NCBI GenBank assembly: GCA_010909165.1
Contig: MU008168.1
Location: forward strand, 1,178,001 to 1,242,000
Direction: 5' to 3'
Length of the DNA stretch: 64,000 nt
Source of the DNA: Anthoceros angustus
Taxonomy: Eukaryota > Plantae > Anthocerotophyta
A program made the translations under genes and the position numbers. Positions 38,293 to 49,485 of the stretch are shown here, one piece after another. How positions within the stretch are numbered: position 1 is the first letter of the stretch; each line of letters starts with the position of its first letter. The notes under the pieces were generated by a model, which did no database searches, was not told where the DNA came from, and saw only the letters and a list, made by a program, of their open reading frames with translations.

Positions 38293-40696
38293 CTACAGTT
38301 GCTGTTTCCTAAGGTCCTTCTGCAATGCATTCTGCTCACTCCAGTGACGGAAAGCTTCCCTTACAGGATTGAGCTCTGCATCCTCTATCTGAGCCTGAGA
38401 GGTGACATTGTCTATCCAGAAAGACCACACCGGAGTAGTGTGGTCCAACAGGGGCCACACTGGGAGCACCACATTGTGCAAAAATGTTTGCATAATGCTC
38501 TTCACCTCGCTGGATGGTTCTAACCTTGAATGTTTAGCATCATTCATGGTTGCCATCAAGTTCTGGGCATATGAGCTGGGCTGCCGAAAATTGTGGAAGT
38601 CGTTGTCTACAAGGACCAAGCCTTCTGACGGTGCAAGTGGCAGGATTATGCGGGAGTGTCGAGCCAGTGACAGAGGTATCACGTCAGGGGAAGCACTCCC
38701 ATAACACAGCCACAGCTGTTCCCACCATCTTTCTGATCTGAAAGCAAATCAGCCAACAGACAACTCTTGACACTCCAGCAAGCAGTACAACCACCAAATG
38801 CACACCAGTGCCAGAACAGACAGAACCCGACATCATACAAAATCGTGTGTACCTGATGAAGCATAAAGGACTCGCCAGTGATGGACAATCTCAGGAGACG
38901 GACATTTCCGCAAATCTCAATCTGAGAACTACAGGAGCAGGAGATGATGTGCCGAAAATGTGCAGTCCTGATTTTGTCTTTGCTGTCAGGCTCAAACAAC
39001 CACCTTGCCCTTGCTGTAGATTCATCATCTTCTGCCCCATCTGGAACCTGGCTTTCTTCATCCAAAGATGATTGGTCATCTTCCGGAATGCTCACACCAC
39101 TGTCACAATCATCCAGCACCTCCGGGACAACCGCCGATTCATCTTCGGAAGACCGACTACCCCTGCGGTTAAAGTAGGCAGGCTTGTTCACGTCTTTGTA
39201 CTTGCTCCGAGCGGTGTAATTATGGAAAGGATGCCTTCCTGCCAATTGACAACAGCCAATGTCACGGGTACTGCTACACGTCCTCCTAACCAAGCTTTCG
39301 GTGCCTCAATTGGCTGACAACCTGAAATGCTGATAATATGTTGTTCAGCTCTGTCACTCGATCTTCACTTGCTGCCATTGAACCAGAGTGATTGATGTCA
39401 AGCACAGCCGGTGGTAGTAGATACTCGTATGTGCGGGTAAAACACATCTTTCTTGAATCGAAGGACCTGCAGAACCAGGATGGTCAGTGCCGAAAACGGC
39501 AGTTATGACTGAAACATTCCACACATTGAGCTTAAGTCGAGTCAGACCTGGGCACTGGGACAACAGAAAACACTTTTATGCTTGCAGGTAAGTGAGCATT
39601 GATACTTTCCGCCAATGCAAGCCTGTCCCTGTCATGGACCCATTCTGCTTCTGGGACTTCCATCTTCATAGAAATGACTGTGCTTATGGAGTGCACCTGA
39701 GCTGAACGTAGAAACACAATTAGAACCTTTTGATCTGCGTCACATTCTACCAACCCAATCACAATGACGGGCAGCTGAAGAGCAACCTCCTCAAATCTAG
39801 CAATTTGAGGTGCAGTTACACTAGGACCTTCCAGTCGTGCTAACGACTGGTAACATACATAGTGCATCAGACTTTGACACATACAGAATCTCGTAGGGCA
39901 CGACGGTTACCCCTTTATCAGTTCGGCTGCTGCGTGCCCATCCAAGTCTGTGAAGATTCCCAAAGTTACTAGCAAGCATTCCATGAGCCGCCAATATGGC
40001 TTTCTCCAGCTCTGCTTCAACGGCTGCAAGAATACAGACCGGAGAAAGCATAATACTAGCAGCAGCTCAGCCATTGTAGCTTGGACAGAAGCTACTTACT
40101 GGGGACTCCTGTAGACCCTTGCAACTGCAGTCCTGCAAAACCTGAGTGACTTCAGGACAACCGCATACTTTTCCTCTCAAGCATGATAACCAAATGTCGA
40201 TCATTTGCTAATCTATTTGGGCTGATCCTTCTACCAACCTTTGTACTCGGTTCCAACATAGCCAACCCAGAAGCAAACCTTCTTCTTCACCTCCCATCAC
40301 CAGGAGCAGTAGCAGACGGTTCCAGCAGCCCGTCACTTCCCTCACCACAGGGCAAAGCTCAACTGAAGTTCTTTCTGCCATCCTCCATGAAGTCCTCCTA
40401 CAAGAGTGACCTGATCCACCCTTAGTCTCCAACAGTCCCAGAAATTTTCCTCTGGTGAATGCTCGAGAGCTTACTTTTCCTGCATACATGACAGCAAGAC
40501 AGATGATCACCACATTCCGCTTCTATGACCCAACAGGATGCACACCCACGACATAAGAAGGACAACATGATAGGATGTACGCCATCACTCACTCACTTGA
40601 GTCACATTGCCCGTGTCCCTTGGCCAGAGTCTGGAAAGAGGGCGGCACCAGGGTGCAGAGCTTGCAGCTGCTCCACCACACTGCGCTGCTACGCAT
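38293..40696 (-). CDS. tRNA pseudouridine synthase (TruA/PUS1 family), copy 3, full length
   Basis: Nearly identical to copy 2; ATG 40,696, stop 38,293-95. Confidence 0.88.
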
Positions 40697-41439
40697 GGCA
40701 CCCAGAATGCTTCAAAATTTTGCCTCACAGCACACAGTGTGCCAAATACAGTCTTGTCTCAAGTCCTGTTAGGCAGGACGGCGGATTTCTACATACATGT
40801 ATTCGGTATCATAAATCTCACACTGATAATATAAAATGGAATCAAATCGATGCTTAGTGTTTTCTGCTCGCTGTTTTCGCTTGGTGTTCTCCATATTAGG
40901 AGTTGTTTGGAGAAGAACCTTAAGCATTTTGCGCTTCGATCGGTGTAATTTAGGTATGCCATGATATAAGTTGTTAAGTACTAAGTTCTATGTCAAGAAA
41001 TTTTATCCAAGAGGACTACAATGGACTTTTTCTTCTAATTCACTTCAGAAGAAGTTAGAAGCATAGGTAATAGAGAGAATTTAAATGTAAGGTTGAGATT
41101 GAGCTAATTATTATCTAGCATGTAAAATCGACGTTTATTTAATACCATATAGGTAGTGGAGAGCTATTGATTTGGAAAGCCTTACATCTATGACACCATA
41201 TAACTAGAGAAAGTTATTGATTCAAAAACCCCAGATGTAAGGAACAATTATGCAATAAAGAAAGTTGTTGGTACGATTTAAAAAATCTGGATACAATGTC
41301 AAGTTGACTATTTCTCGATTGCACACCACACAAATAAAACTATTAATATATTATTTTATAAAATGATAAAGTTGTGAATCCTCTTCTCTCAAGCATGGAG
41401 CTCCCCTAGCCTAATGGAAAGCATCTTACTTCTAATAAA

Positions 41440-42295
41440 GGGATTGCGGATTCGAATCTTAGTGTTAGGCGATTGCGAGTTTGAATCCCGCTGAGAGAAC
41501 TCTAGCAACTTGTTGCATCATTTGAGTTCGTGCTAAGAAACATGAAAATATGGGTTCCTAGGATCTGAGGATCATCTCATCGAGAGTTTGGCAACGTGTT
41601 CTATTGCATCGTTTGAGTTCGTGCAGGAAACATGAGTTCATGGAGGAAACTTCAAATAGTAAACATGGGGCTCATGCCGTCGAGAGTACGGAGGAAACAT
41701 GGGTTCCCGCCGAGAACTCATGGAGGAAACTTCATATAGTAAACATGGGGCTCATCCCGCCAAGAGTACTCTGGCAACATGTTCCATTGCATCGTTTCAG
41801 TTTGTGTAGGAAACATGAGTTCCCACCAACAGTACTCTAGCAACTTACTCTCTGGCAACTTGTTTCATTACATTATCTTGCAACTTGTTCCATTGCATCG
41901 TTTGAGTTCGGATAGTAAACATAGGGTTCATCAAGAAATGTCATGGGTTCCTGTTGGGAGTACTCTGGCAACTTGTTCCATTGCATCATTCGAGTTCGGA
42001 TAGTAAACATGGGGTTCATTAGGAAATATGAGTTCTTGCTGGGAGTACTCTGGCAACTTGTTCCATTGCATCGTTTGAGTTCGGATAGTGAACATGGGGT
42101 TCATTCGTTAGTGCAGAAAATATGGGTTCGAATCCCACTGAGAGTACTCTGACAACTTGTTCCATTGCATCGTTTGAGTTCGTGTAGGAAACATGGGGTT
42201 CATGCTAATGCCGGCTGGAGTACTCTAGCAACTTGTTCCATTGCATCCTGTGTTTTCATGATTTGAGTTGTGTAGGAAACATGAGGTTCATGCTA
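41440..42295. repeat. Degenerate satellite, copy R3 (diverged; right boundary of the duplication)
   Basis: Same motifs (agtactctggcaacttgttccattgcatcgtttgagttcg) but clearly diverged from R1/R2 from ~41,448 onward. Confidence 0.88.
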
Positions 42296-43049
42296 ATGCA
42301 AATATGAGGCTCCTACGTTCAGTCCGAAACGGAGGAAGAAACGGCCTTGAAGGGCCCTAGAAGAATCCGGGTTCCCACCATGGCTGACAAGGTGTGGTTT
42401 AGTATTTCTCTAAGATTGCTGGAGCTTCGGGCAGCAATCTATTTAATATGTACTAGGGAAGGGGAATGGGCTGGCTAGAGACTTTAAGATCTGCCCTTAT
42501 TACTATTCTGTAATACAACTGCGGGGCATCGCCCCACGAGGCCTCGTACCGGTTTTCGTTTGTGCTGAGAGCTTGATGACTGCTGGCTAACGGGAAGGCT
42601 TGCACAGCTTGCCCCTTTTCTTGCTTTTCCGGTGCCACTACCGTCCTAAAAATGTGTGTGTAGTATAGGAGTCTGGTCACTTTTCATTGCAAGCTTCCAT
42701 TGCTGCTGAGCTGAGTACACTACTCGTCACAGCTGTGGTGCCCGGGACACGAGTCTGTACAGGCTTGCCTGCTGACTAGCGAAAAGCCATCGTGAGAATC
42801 TCTGTTTTGAGTAAACAGTTACTGACCAAGGCTGCTGTTGCTTTCTATCGAAGTCCTACACGAGGTATGCTGCTGTGAGAGATCCAGCCTTCCCCTAACC
42901 TCGTCTTTATACATTGTATGCGTGGCTACTAACCTAGGGGCCTGCTGAGCACCTCTGATAGATAGACGCTGCGCGACATCCAACAGTTCCTACCTGGGTT
43001 TTGCATGTAGGCAGGTTCCTACACAGCCGTGATGAGTATTAGTCCTCTT

Positions 43050-43375
43050 ACTTGCACACCAACTCTCATTTGGAAACAACAATTGAATGTGTTGCTTCGA
43101 CATACACCAAGCGTCATGAAGTATCAGTCCTCTTGCTTGCACACAAACTCTCATTTGGAGACAACAATGAATGTGTTGATTCGACATACACCAAGTGTCA
43201 TGAAGTATCAGTTCTCTTTGCTTGCCCACAAAATCTCATTTGGAGACAACAGATGAATGTGTTGCTTCGACATACACCAAGCGTCATGAAGTATCAGCCC
43301 TCGTGCTTGCCCACTCAGTCCTTTGGAGAGTACAAATGAATGTGTTGTTGCAACATACACCAAGCGGCATGCAAG
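43050..43375. repeat. ~85-bp tandem repeat, about 4 copies
   Basis: Repeated ctcatttggagacaaca..tgaatgtgttgcttcgacatacaccaagcgtcatgaagtatcag, just downstream of the ET stop codon. Confidence 0.85.
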
Positions 43376-43435
43376 TTTTCGCTCCTGTTTTTGCTACCTC
43401 TCGTTCATCGATCACTTCCGACGCAGCGGTTGGTC

Positions 43436-44875
43436 TCATAAGCTACGCAATCTGACTCTCATCCCTTTGTGGGCAGCACATCGCTTTCGTCCCTTCCTTG
43501 GGGCAACATTGCATGTGTTGCCATCGTGCAACACAACGCCACAAACAGCGTGTACTGCAACCAGACTGCCTCCACTTGATCTTGATCTTCTAGACGCTTG
43601 CACTTCGCCCTGCAGTCCCTGGACACCAGCCGGTTCCACCTGCTTGGCTGCTGCCAGGGGCTTGGGGTTGCCTCCCTTCCGTGCTGCAGCTGCCTTGGTT
43701 GCCTTCACCTTCAAAGTTTCCGAGGCCTGCACGACAGAGGCCATGATCCGCTCATGCTGCTTCAAGGCGGCCTTGGGATTGCTCACCGCAACAGCAATAC
43801 CTCGACGCGGCCTTCCTGACAGCACCCACTTGATGTATGCAAGGTAACTGAAGGCACTGTAGCAGGAAACCGTCTGCTCTGCCACATGCAGCTTCGAGGT
43901 GATATCATGAGGCCTTCTACATCCGTTCTTGTCTCTGTTCCAAGCATAATCGAACACTGCAAGCAGATCCTCTTCCACCCTCTTGGCTGCCTCCTTGCTC
44001 TGCGCCTGCACGGCAGCAGCTGCTTCAGACTAGGCGAACCACACAAACAGACTCTGCTCAACGTGGCATTGCAAACACAGAACTCACCAGAGCCCATCGG
44101 AAAACTATAGACCGGCCTTCTGCAAACACTCTGGTGAAGAGCTGAGGTCCTTGCCAAGCTCCATCGTCAGTCACAGAAAGCAGCACCCTGGCTCTCCCCG
44201 AACCCTTGCCATCTACCTCTGCTCAACATGTCAGTCATCTCAGAAATCCCCATTTTGTCAAGTGCACTGAACCTGCAACGGAACACACCAAAGATGCCGT
44301 CATTCCTTCCTTCCTTCCTTCCACCATACCTAGTCCTGCCACCTTCAGGCTTGCAAACCCCGGGCACACTTCCAAATGGGACCCCGCCTGCCCATACCGC
44401 TGCAGCCTCTGTCTAACATTCTCCGCCTCCCCCACATACACTGCCACAACATCCTCCCCCTTGATCCTCCGAACCGGCCTCTCCCTAACTGCCAGGACTC
44501 TGGGGAAAATGCCAAGCTCGTACACCCCAGGCCCCGTATGATCGCAGCTGGGCAGATTATGCAGCCTGTATTTGGACACACCTTCCTTCCCAGCTGCATG
44601 ATCCTGCCAGTCTGAAGCGCCCACCAGAATCTGCGCATCGTGAGACCAGCATCAGCTTCCAATGAGAGCAACAACCGACATTGCAGGTGGTGTGTCACTG
44701 TCATTACCTTCCATTCTGAGAAGAGGGAGTCATGCTTTACTCGACGACAGTCCTCTCTTTTTAACCTCTCGCTTGCATCAAGCTTCTCCTTCTGGTCATC
44801 CTGCGTTTGCTTTTGCTGGTGCTGGTGCTGGTGCAGCGGCTGCTGTTGCTGTTGTTGGGGATGCTTCTTTCCCAT
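43436..44875 (-). CDS. ET: EFFECTOR OF TRANSCRIPTION (ET/HRT family) GIY-YIG-domain protein
   Basis: KHDSLFSEWK, DWQDHAAGKEGVSKYRLHNLP..GPGVYELG..VYVGEAENVRQRLQRYGQAGSHLE, and C-terminal ET repeat CGVVLHDGNTCNVAPRKGRKRCAAHKG. Spliced. Confidence 0.85.
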
Positions 44876-45050
44876 TATCACAACAACAACCACGTAGTCT
44901 AGCTTGCTACGCTGCTAAACATATATCTGTGCTTGTGTCCGAACTGCAGCAACAGTAAGGGAAGGGATTGAAGTTGGTGCCGCCCTAATCGCTTTCGAAG
45001 GGAGCCGGCTGGAGGTGGCGGCAGGGCTTTAATGAGATGCGAGAGGCGCG

Positions 45051-45470
45051 ATGAGGGGCGCAGGCAGCGACGATCCCTTCGAGGCGGCAGTTGGGCTTGA
45101 GGATCAGATTCTACGGGAGGGCTTCGAGGAAGGCTTCCAAGCGGGCGTGCGCGAGGGACGTGAGGAAGGCCGCCAGGTGGGGCTGAAGGCCGGGTTCGAG
45201 CTAGCGGGGGAAGTGGGTTTCTACCGCGGCTGCCTGGATGTGTGGCAGGCCGCGCTACAGCGTCACCCAGAACTCTTCTCTGCCAGGGCGCAGCGCAGCT
45301 TGCTGCAGCTGCATCAGCAGTTACTGGCCTTCCCTCTTCTCTCGCCTCAGGACGAGCAGCTGAACTTGCTGAGGGCCAAGTTCCGGGCTGTGGCCTCGTT
45401 GTTCTCGCTTCCGCTGCAGAATGCTGAGTTGCCTCATGCCTCGGCTGCAGCGGGGGCGTCTGATTTTTGA
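45051..45470 (+). CDS. LTO1: LTO1/ORAOV1-like Yae1_N-domain protein (139 aa, intronless)
   Basis: DPFEAAVGLEDQILREGFEEGFQAGVREGREEGRQVGLKAGFELAGEVGFYRGCLDVW shows the deca-GX3 pattern of the Yae1/Lto1 family. Confidence 0.85.
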   Translation: MRGAGSDDPFEAAVGLEDQILREGFEEGFQAGVREGREEGRQVGLKAGFELAGEVGFYRGCLDVWQAALQRHPELFSARAQRSLLQLHQQLLAFPLLSPQDEQLNLLRAKFRAVASLFSLPLQNAELPHASAAAGASDF

Positions 45471-45484
45471 TCCACCTTGCTGAG

Positions 45485-47873
45485 ATGGGTAGGGTATCTC
45501 TCAGGATCCTGCACCATGTGCTCCGGCGGGCTCGACCCAGGAGTCGTGTTTTGGAACGCGAGTTTCTGTTCCGGGTCTCGGATGTGCGTGGTGATGTTGG
45601 AAGAGATCCTGATTGGCATGATTGGAGGTTCGGTCTGCGGCATTTCCTCTATGCAGGTGGTTGTGGCCATCAGGACAGGCGCTTTGCTAGTGCAGCAGTG
45701 CGGATAGTGGACGTAAGCCCGTCTTCAGCCGAAGGGGCAATGGACACGGGTAGTAGGATAGAGACGGAAGGTGGAGGTGGTGTAGCTAGTACTGGAAAAG
45801 GAACAGGAGGAGATAAGTTCCAGGATCCCCGAGAAATCTTCCGGACTCTGCAGGAGTGTGAGAAATTCGAGGGCATACCGAGCAAGGAGAAGGGTGCGCT
45901 GGGAGAGATATTTCGAAGATTTGCCGACAGAGGGTGAGACCCTGTCTCTGCATATGCTTGTTGTCTCTGAAGTGTTGACATTCTAGGATTCTCTTGTTCT
46001 ACATTATGGGTTTTGGTGGCAGAATGCGACATGCTTATACTTTCTTTCCTCTGGCTCCAGGTGGGCATCTGATCAGGCTCTTGCACTGTATGTGAATTCA
46101 AAGTTCTTTCCTACCGCTTGCAGCACTTTCCGGAAGTGGTTCATGAAGAGATCTTCTCGAGAGTTACGTGCTTTTCTGATCGATATGGGTCCTAGTGATA
46201 AGGCGGAAGAGTTTTTGTTCCCAGTTTTTGCAGAGTATTGTGTGGTGACATACCCTGGAGAGATCAGTAGATATCGGGAACTTGTGAACACTGCTGATTT
46301 GACCAAGCCTGAAGGATGGTATCCCTTCGCTCGGGCTGTGAAACGTAAGGTAGTCTATCACTGTGGGCCTACCAACAGTGGTAAGACGTACAATGCACTT
46401 CAGCGCTTCATGGAGGCGAAGAATGGGATTTATTGTAGTCCTCTCAGGCTGCTGGCGATGGAAGTGTACGATTCTGTCAATCTCAAGGGGGTGTACTGCA
46501 ACCTGCACACAGGACAGGAAAAGAAGGAGGTGCCATTTGCTGAGCACCTGGCTTGCACCGTCGAGATGGCCTACATAAACAAGCCTTGGGAAGTTGCTGT
46601 GATAGATGAAGTGCAGATGATGGCAGATGAGTATAGGGGTTGGGCTTGGACCAGAGCGTTCTTAGGGTTGGTAGCAGATGAGGTGCATGTGTGTGGGGAT
46701 CCAAGTGCCATTCATCTGCTGGAGAGCCTGTGTGCAGCGACTGGGGATGAGCTGGTGGTACGAGAATATGTGAGATTCAAGCCCCTCATGGTGGATGAGC
46801 AATCATTGAGAGGGGATTTTCGGAATGTGCAGGCAGGAGACTGCATCGTTGCTTTCTCCAGGAAAGGCATTTTTGAAATCAAGAGGGAGTTGGAGCTTGC
46901 CACCAACCATCGATGCTGTGTAGTCTATGGGGCACTGCCTCCAGAAACACGCACACAACAAGCGAAGCTCTTCAACGAACCCAACAGTGGATATGATGTC
47001 CTTGTGGCCAGCGATGCTGTTGGCATGGGATTGAACTTGAACATTAAGAGAGTGGTCTTCTTCACTTTGCACAAGTTCAATGGGGAGGAGAAGGGACCCA
47101 TCCACTCTTCCATGGTGAAGCAAATTGCTGGAAGGGCAGGTCGCAGGAGCAGTATCTATCCGGAAGGGATGGCAACATGCTTTTACTCGACTGACATTCC
47201 CTACCTAGTCCACTGTCTGAAGCAGGACTTCGAGGTGTCCAAATCGGCGGGTCTCTTCCCTGTTTTTGAACAGATGGAACTCTTCGCTACCCAGCTGCCA
47301 GATGTCGGCTTTGGCACACTGTTGGACCGGTTTTCCCAGACCTGCCGACTGGAAGGTTCTTATTTCCTATGTCGCCACGACAATCTCAAGAGGGTTGCAA
47401 ACGTATTGGACAAAGTGCAGGGCTTGTCACTGGAAGATCGCTTCTATTTCTGCTTTGCACCTGTGAACACCAGGGATCCTAAAGCCTTGTACGCTCTTCA
47501 GAGGTATGCCATAGCTTACAGCCAAAAGCTTCCAGTGCAGCTGTACATGGCAGGGTCCTCGGGTTCGTCAACACAGCTGGAGCTGATGGCTCTGGAGTCT
47601 CGACATCAGTTGCTTTCTACTTATCTCTGGCTTGCTGGCCATTTTCCAGCTGAATGTTTTCCCCAACGCGAGCAGGCGGAGGAAATGGCCAATCAGATTG
47701 CTATCCTTCTCGGCCAGTCTTTGGTACTTACTGGAGGGCAGGTTGGAGCAGGACACAAGAAAAACTCTGGAAGACGAGGCCTCGCCGAGAGAAGGCCCAG
47801 GCGAGACCTCGGCCAGCTCAATTCAGTTGTGGGTGCACACACATCGCCTCGGCAGGAAGCAGTGACCTGCTAG
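45485..47873 (+). CDS. SUV3: SUV3-like mitochondrial DExH RNA helicase
   Basis: WYPFARAVKRKVVYHCGPTNSGKTYNAL, VIDEVQM, LVASDAVGMGLNLNI, KQIAGRAGR. Arg-rich N-terminus ending RRFASAA looks like a presequence. One intron at ~45,933-46,060. Confidence 0.93.
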
Positions 47874-48160
47874 CAGCCAAGATATTCATAGTAAGCATAC
47901 AGTTTGCCAACCTTGGTTGACTTCTAATGTTGATCACCAAAAACAAAAAGTTCGGTCCACAAACGGGCAGTAGGTGAGACACATCTCGCCATCATCGTTT
48001 CAGAGTCTGTTGAGAATTTGATCCTGGAACTAAAAGGAAAAAACGAGGCACAAGTATGAGAAGCTCTGGCTCGAAGAGACTGGTTCGCGGTTGATTCTAA
48101 GATCTGTGCCGATGTCCACTCACGTCTCTGGCTGCCGAAAACTCGGAAAGCCCCTCTTCG

Positions 48161-49485
48161 TCAGACAGCATGAATCTCCGCATGCTCATAAGAAGAGTTT
48201 TGCTGATTTTCTGTTTTCTTCATTTCCTGAGGAACGGGCGGGTTGATCACGGTCATGGGCATCACAATGTTGTCTGCTAATCTGCTCTGCATCTCCCGGT
48301 GCTCCTGACACAGAGCACACCAGTGCATAAAGCAGCAGTGCACCATGCAAGGATCGCACGGCGAGTTCTGCAAAAAAGCAAGGGGCATGGTTAGCAGGCA
48401 ACTTAACTCTGAAGCAAGTTCCCAATTGTCACATGTCATACTCAAAGTGCAGGTCCTGAAGGGTTTACCTCAAGATGATACTTCTTCTGCAACTCCTGCC
48501 TGAACAGCCCTGTGTAGATACCGCACATCCACCACGCAAACACCAGACATTCCACGGCCAGGAACACTGTTCTGGGATTGATTGCATGCACAAGGCCGGC
48601 TGTTGCGAGAGCAAGACCAATACCGCCTTCCACCACTACAGCATGACAGATGCAGGGAGTTGTCCAGGAGACGTCTTCTTTCAGTTTCTCGATGTTCCGT
48701 CCAAATAACACGCAGGGGCAGCAAGCGCCAAGCAGACCTGCAAGAAGCATGGTTGTGTGACGACGTAGGGTTCAAAAGCATGTTACCAAACATTTCGGAA
48801 AACACAGGCGAGGCATACATCATAGGAGAGAGCGAAGCTCACTGAAACAGCTAAACAACTACTCGAGACAATGTGCTGCAACAGTGTCAAGGAAAGTTCA
48901 AACGCACGTACACGAATCTGTGTCTTCAGCGCAACCAAAGATCCCTGTAGTCCACGGCTCGTTTCCAGGCGGTTCGTAGCTGTCTGGAAGAGGTTGACCA
49001 CACTCGCGGCACCGATGGACCACAAGCTGATGTTCCAAGACATAAGGCCGACTCATCAGAAAGACAGCATCAAGTATGAGGACCGCCGTCCCATGCGTAG
49101 GGCATCCTCTGCCACACAATTCACACGCCTGTCTGCACGATCTCCACCACTCCTTCACAAAGGTATGCTATCCAGTCCGCAATTCTCATGCAAGCCAAGC
49201 AGAAACCCCAGGCAATCTTGTAGGTCGGCAGGGAGCGGGGAATGCATTGGCCAATTGATCCCACGGTGCAGCCAGCACAGATCCCGCACCGCTGCAGGGC
49301 CGCAGTCGCAGATACGGGGATGGATCAGCAGATAGGGAGAGCAGAATACGGAGTGGAACACATCCCACCTGAGGAACGTGGACTGGCTGGTTGAGCTCCC
49401 CTGGACGAATGTCCTCCAGCGGCGCGTCGTGCTCCTTGACGAGTTTGACGTAGCGAGAAGCGGCGTCTAGCTCCTGAGAAGCCAT
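48161..49485 (-). CDS. PLAC8 / cell-number-regulator family protein
   Basis: MASQELDAASRYVKL..EDIRPGELNQPVHVPQ, CRECGQPLPDSYEPPGNEPWTTGIFGC, CPCVLFGRN, NSPCDPCMVHCCFMHWCALCQEHRE. Four exons. Confidence 0.9.

Larger units (their letters stand above)
1900..41445 (+). repeat. Tandem segmental duplication: unit A ~1,900-23,690 (~21.8 kb), unit B ~23,690-41,445 (~17.75 kb); tail of a further unit at 1-1,900
   Basis: Position 1 sequence recurs at 21,871 and ~39,621. Gene order R-PPR-Roco-TruA is repeated. The ~4.1-kb length difference matches three extra LRR units in A. Confidence 0.95.
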
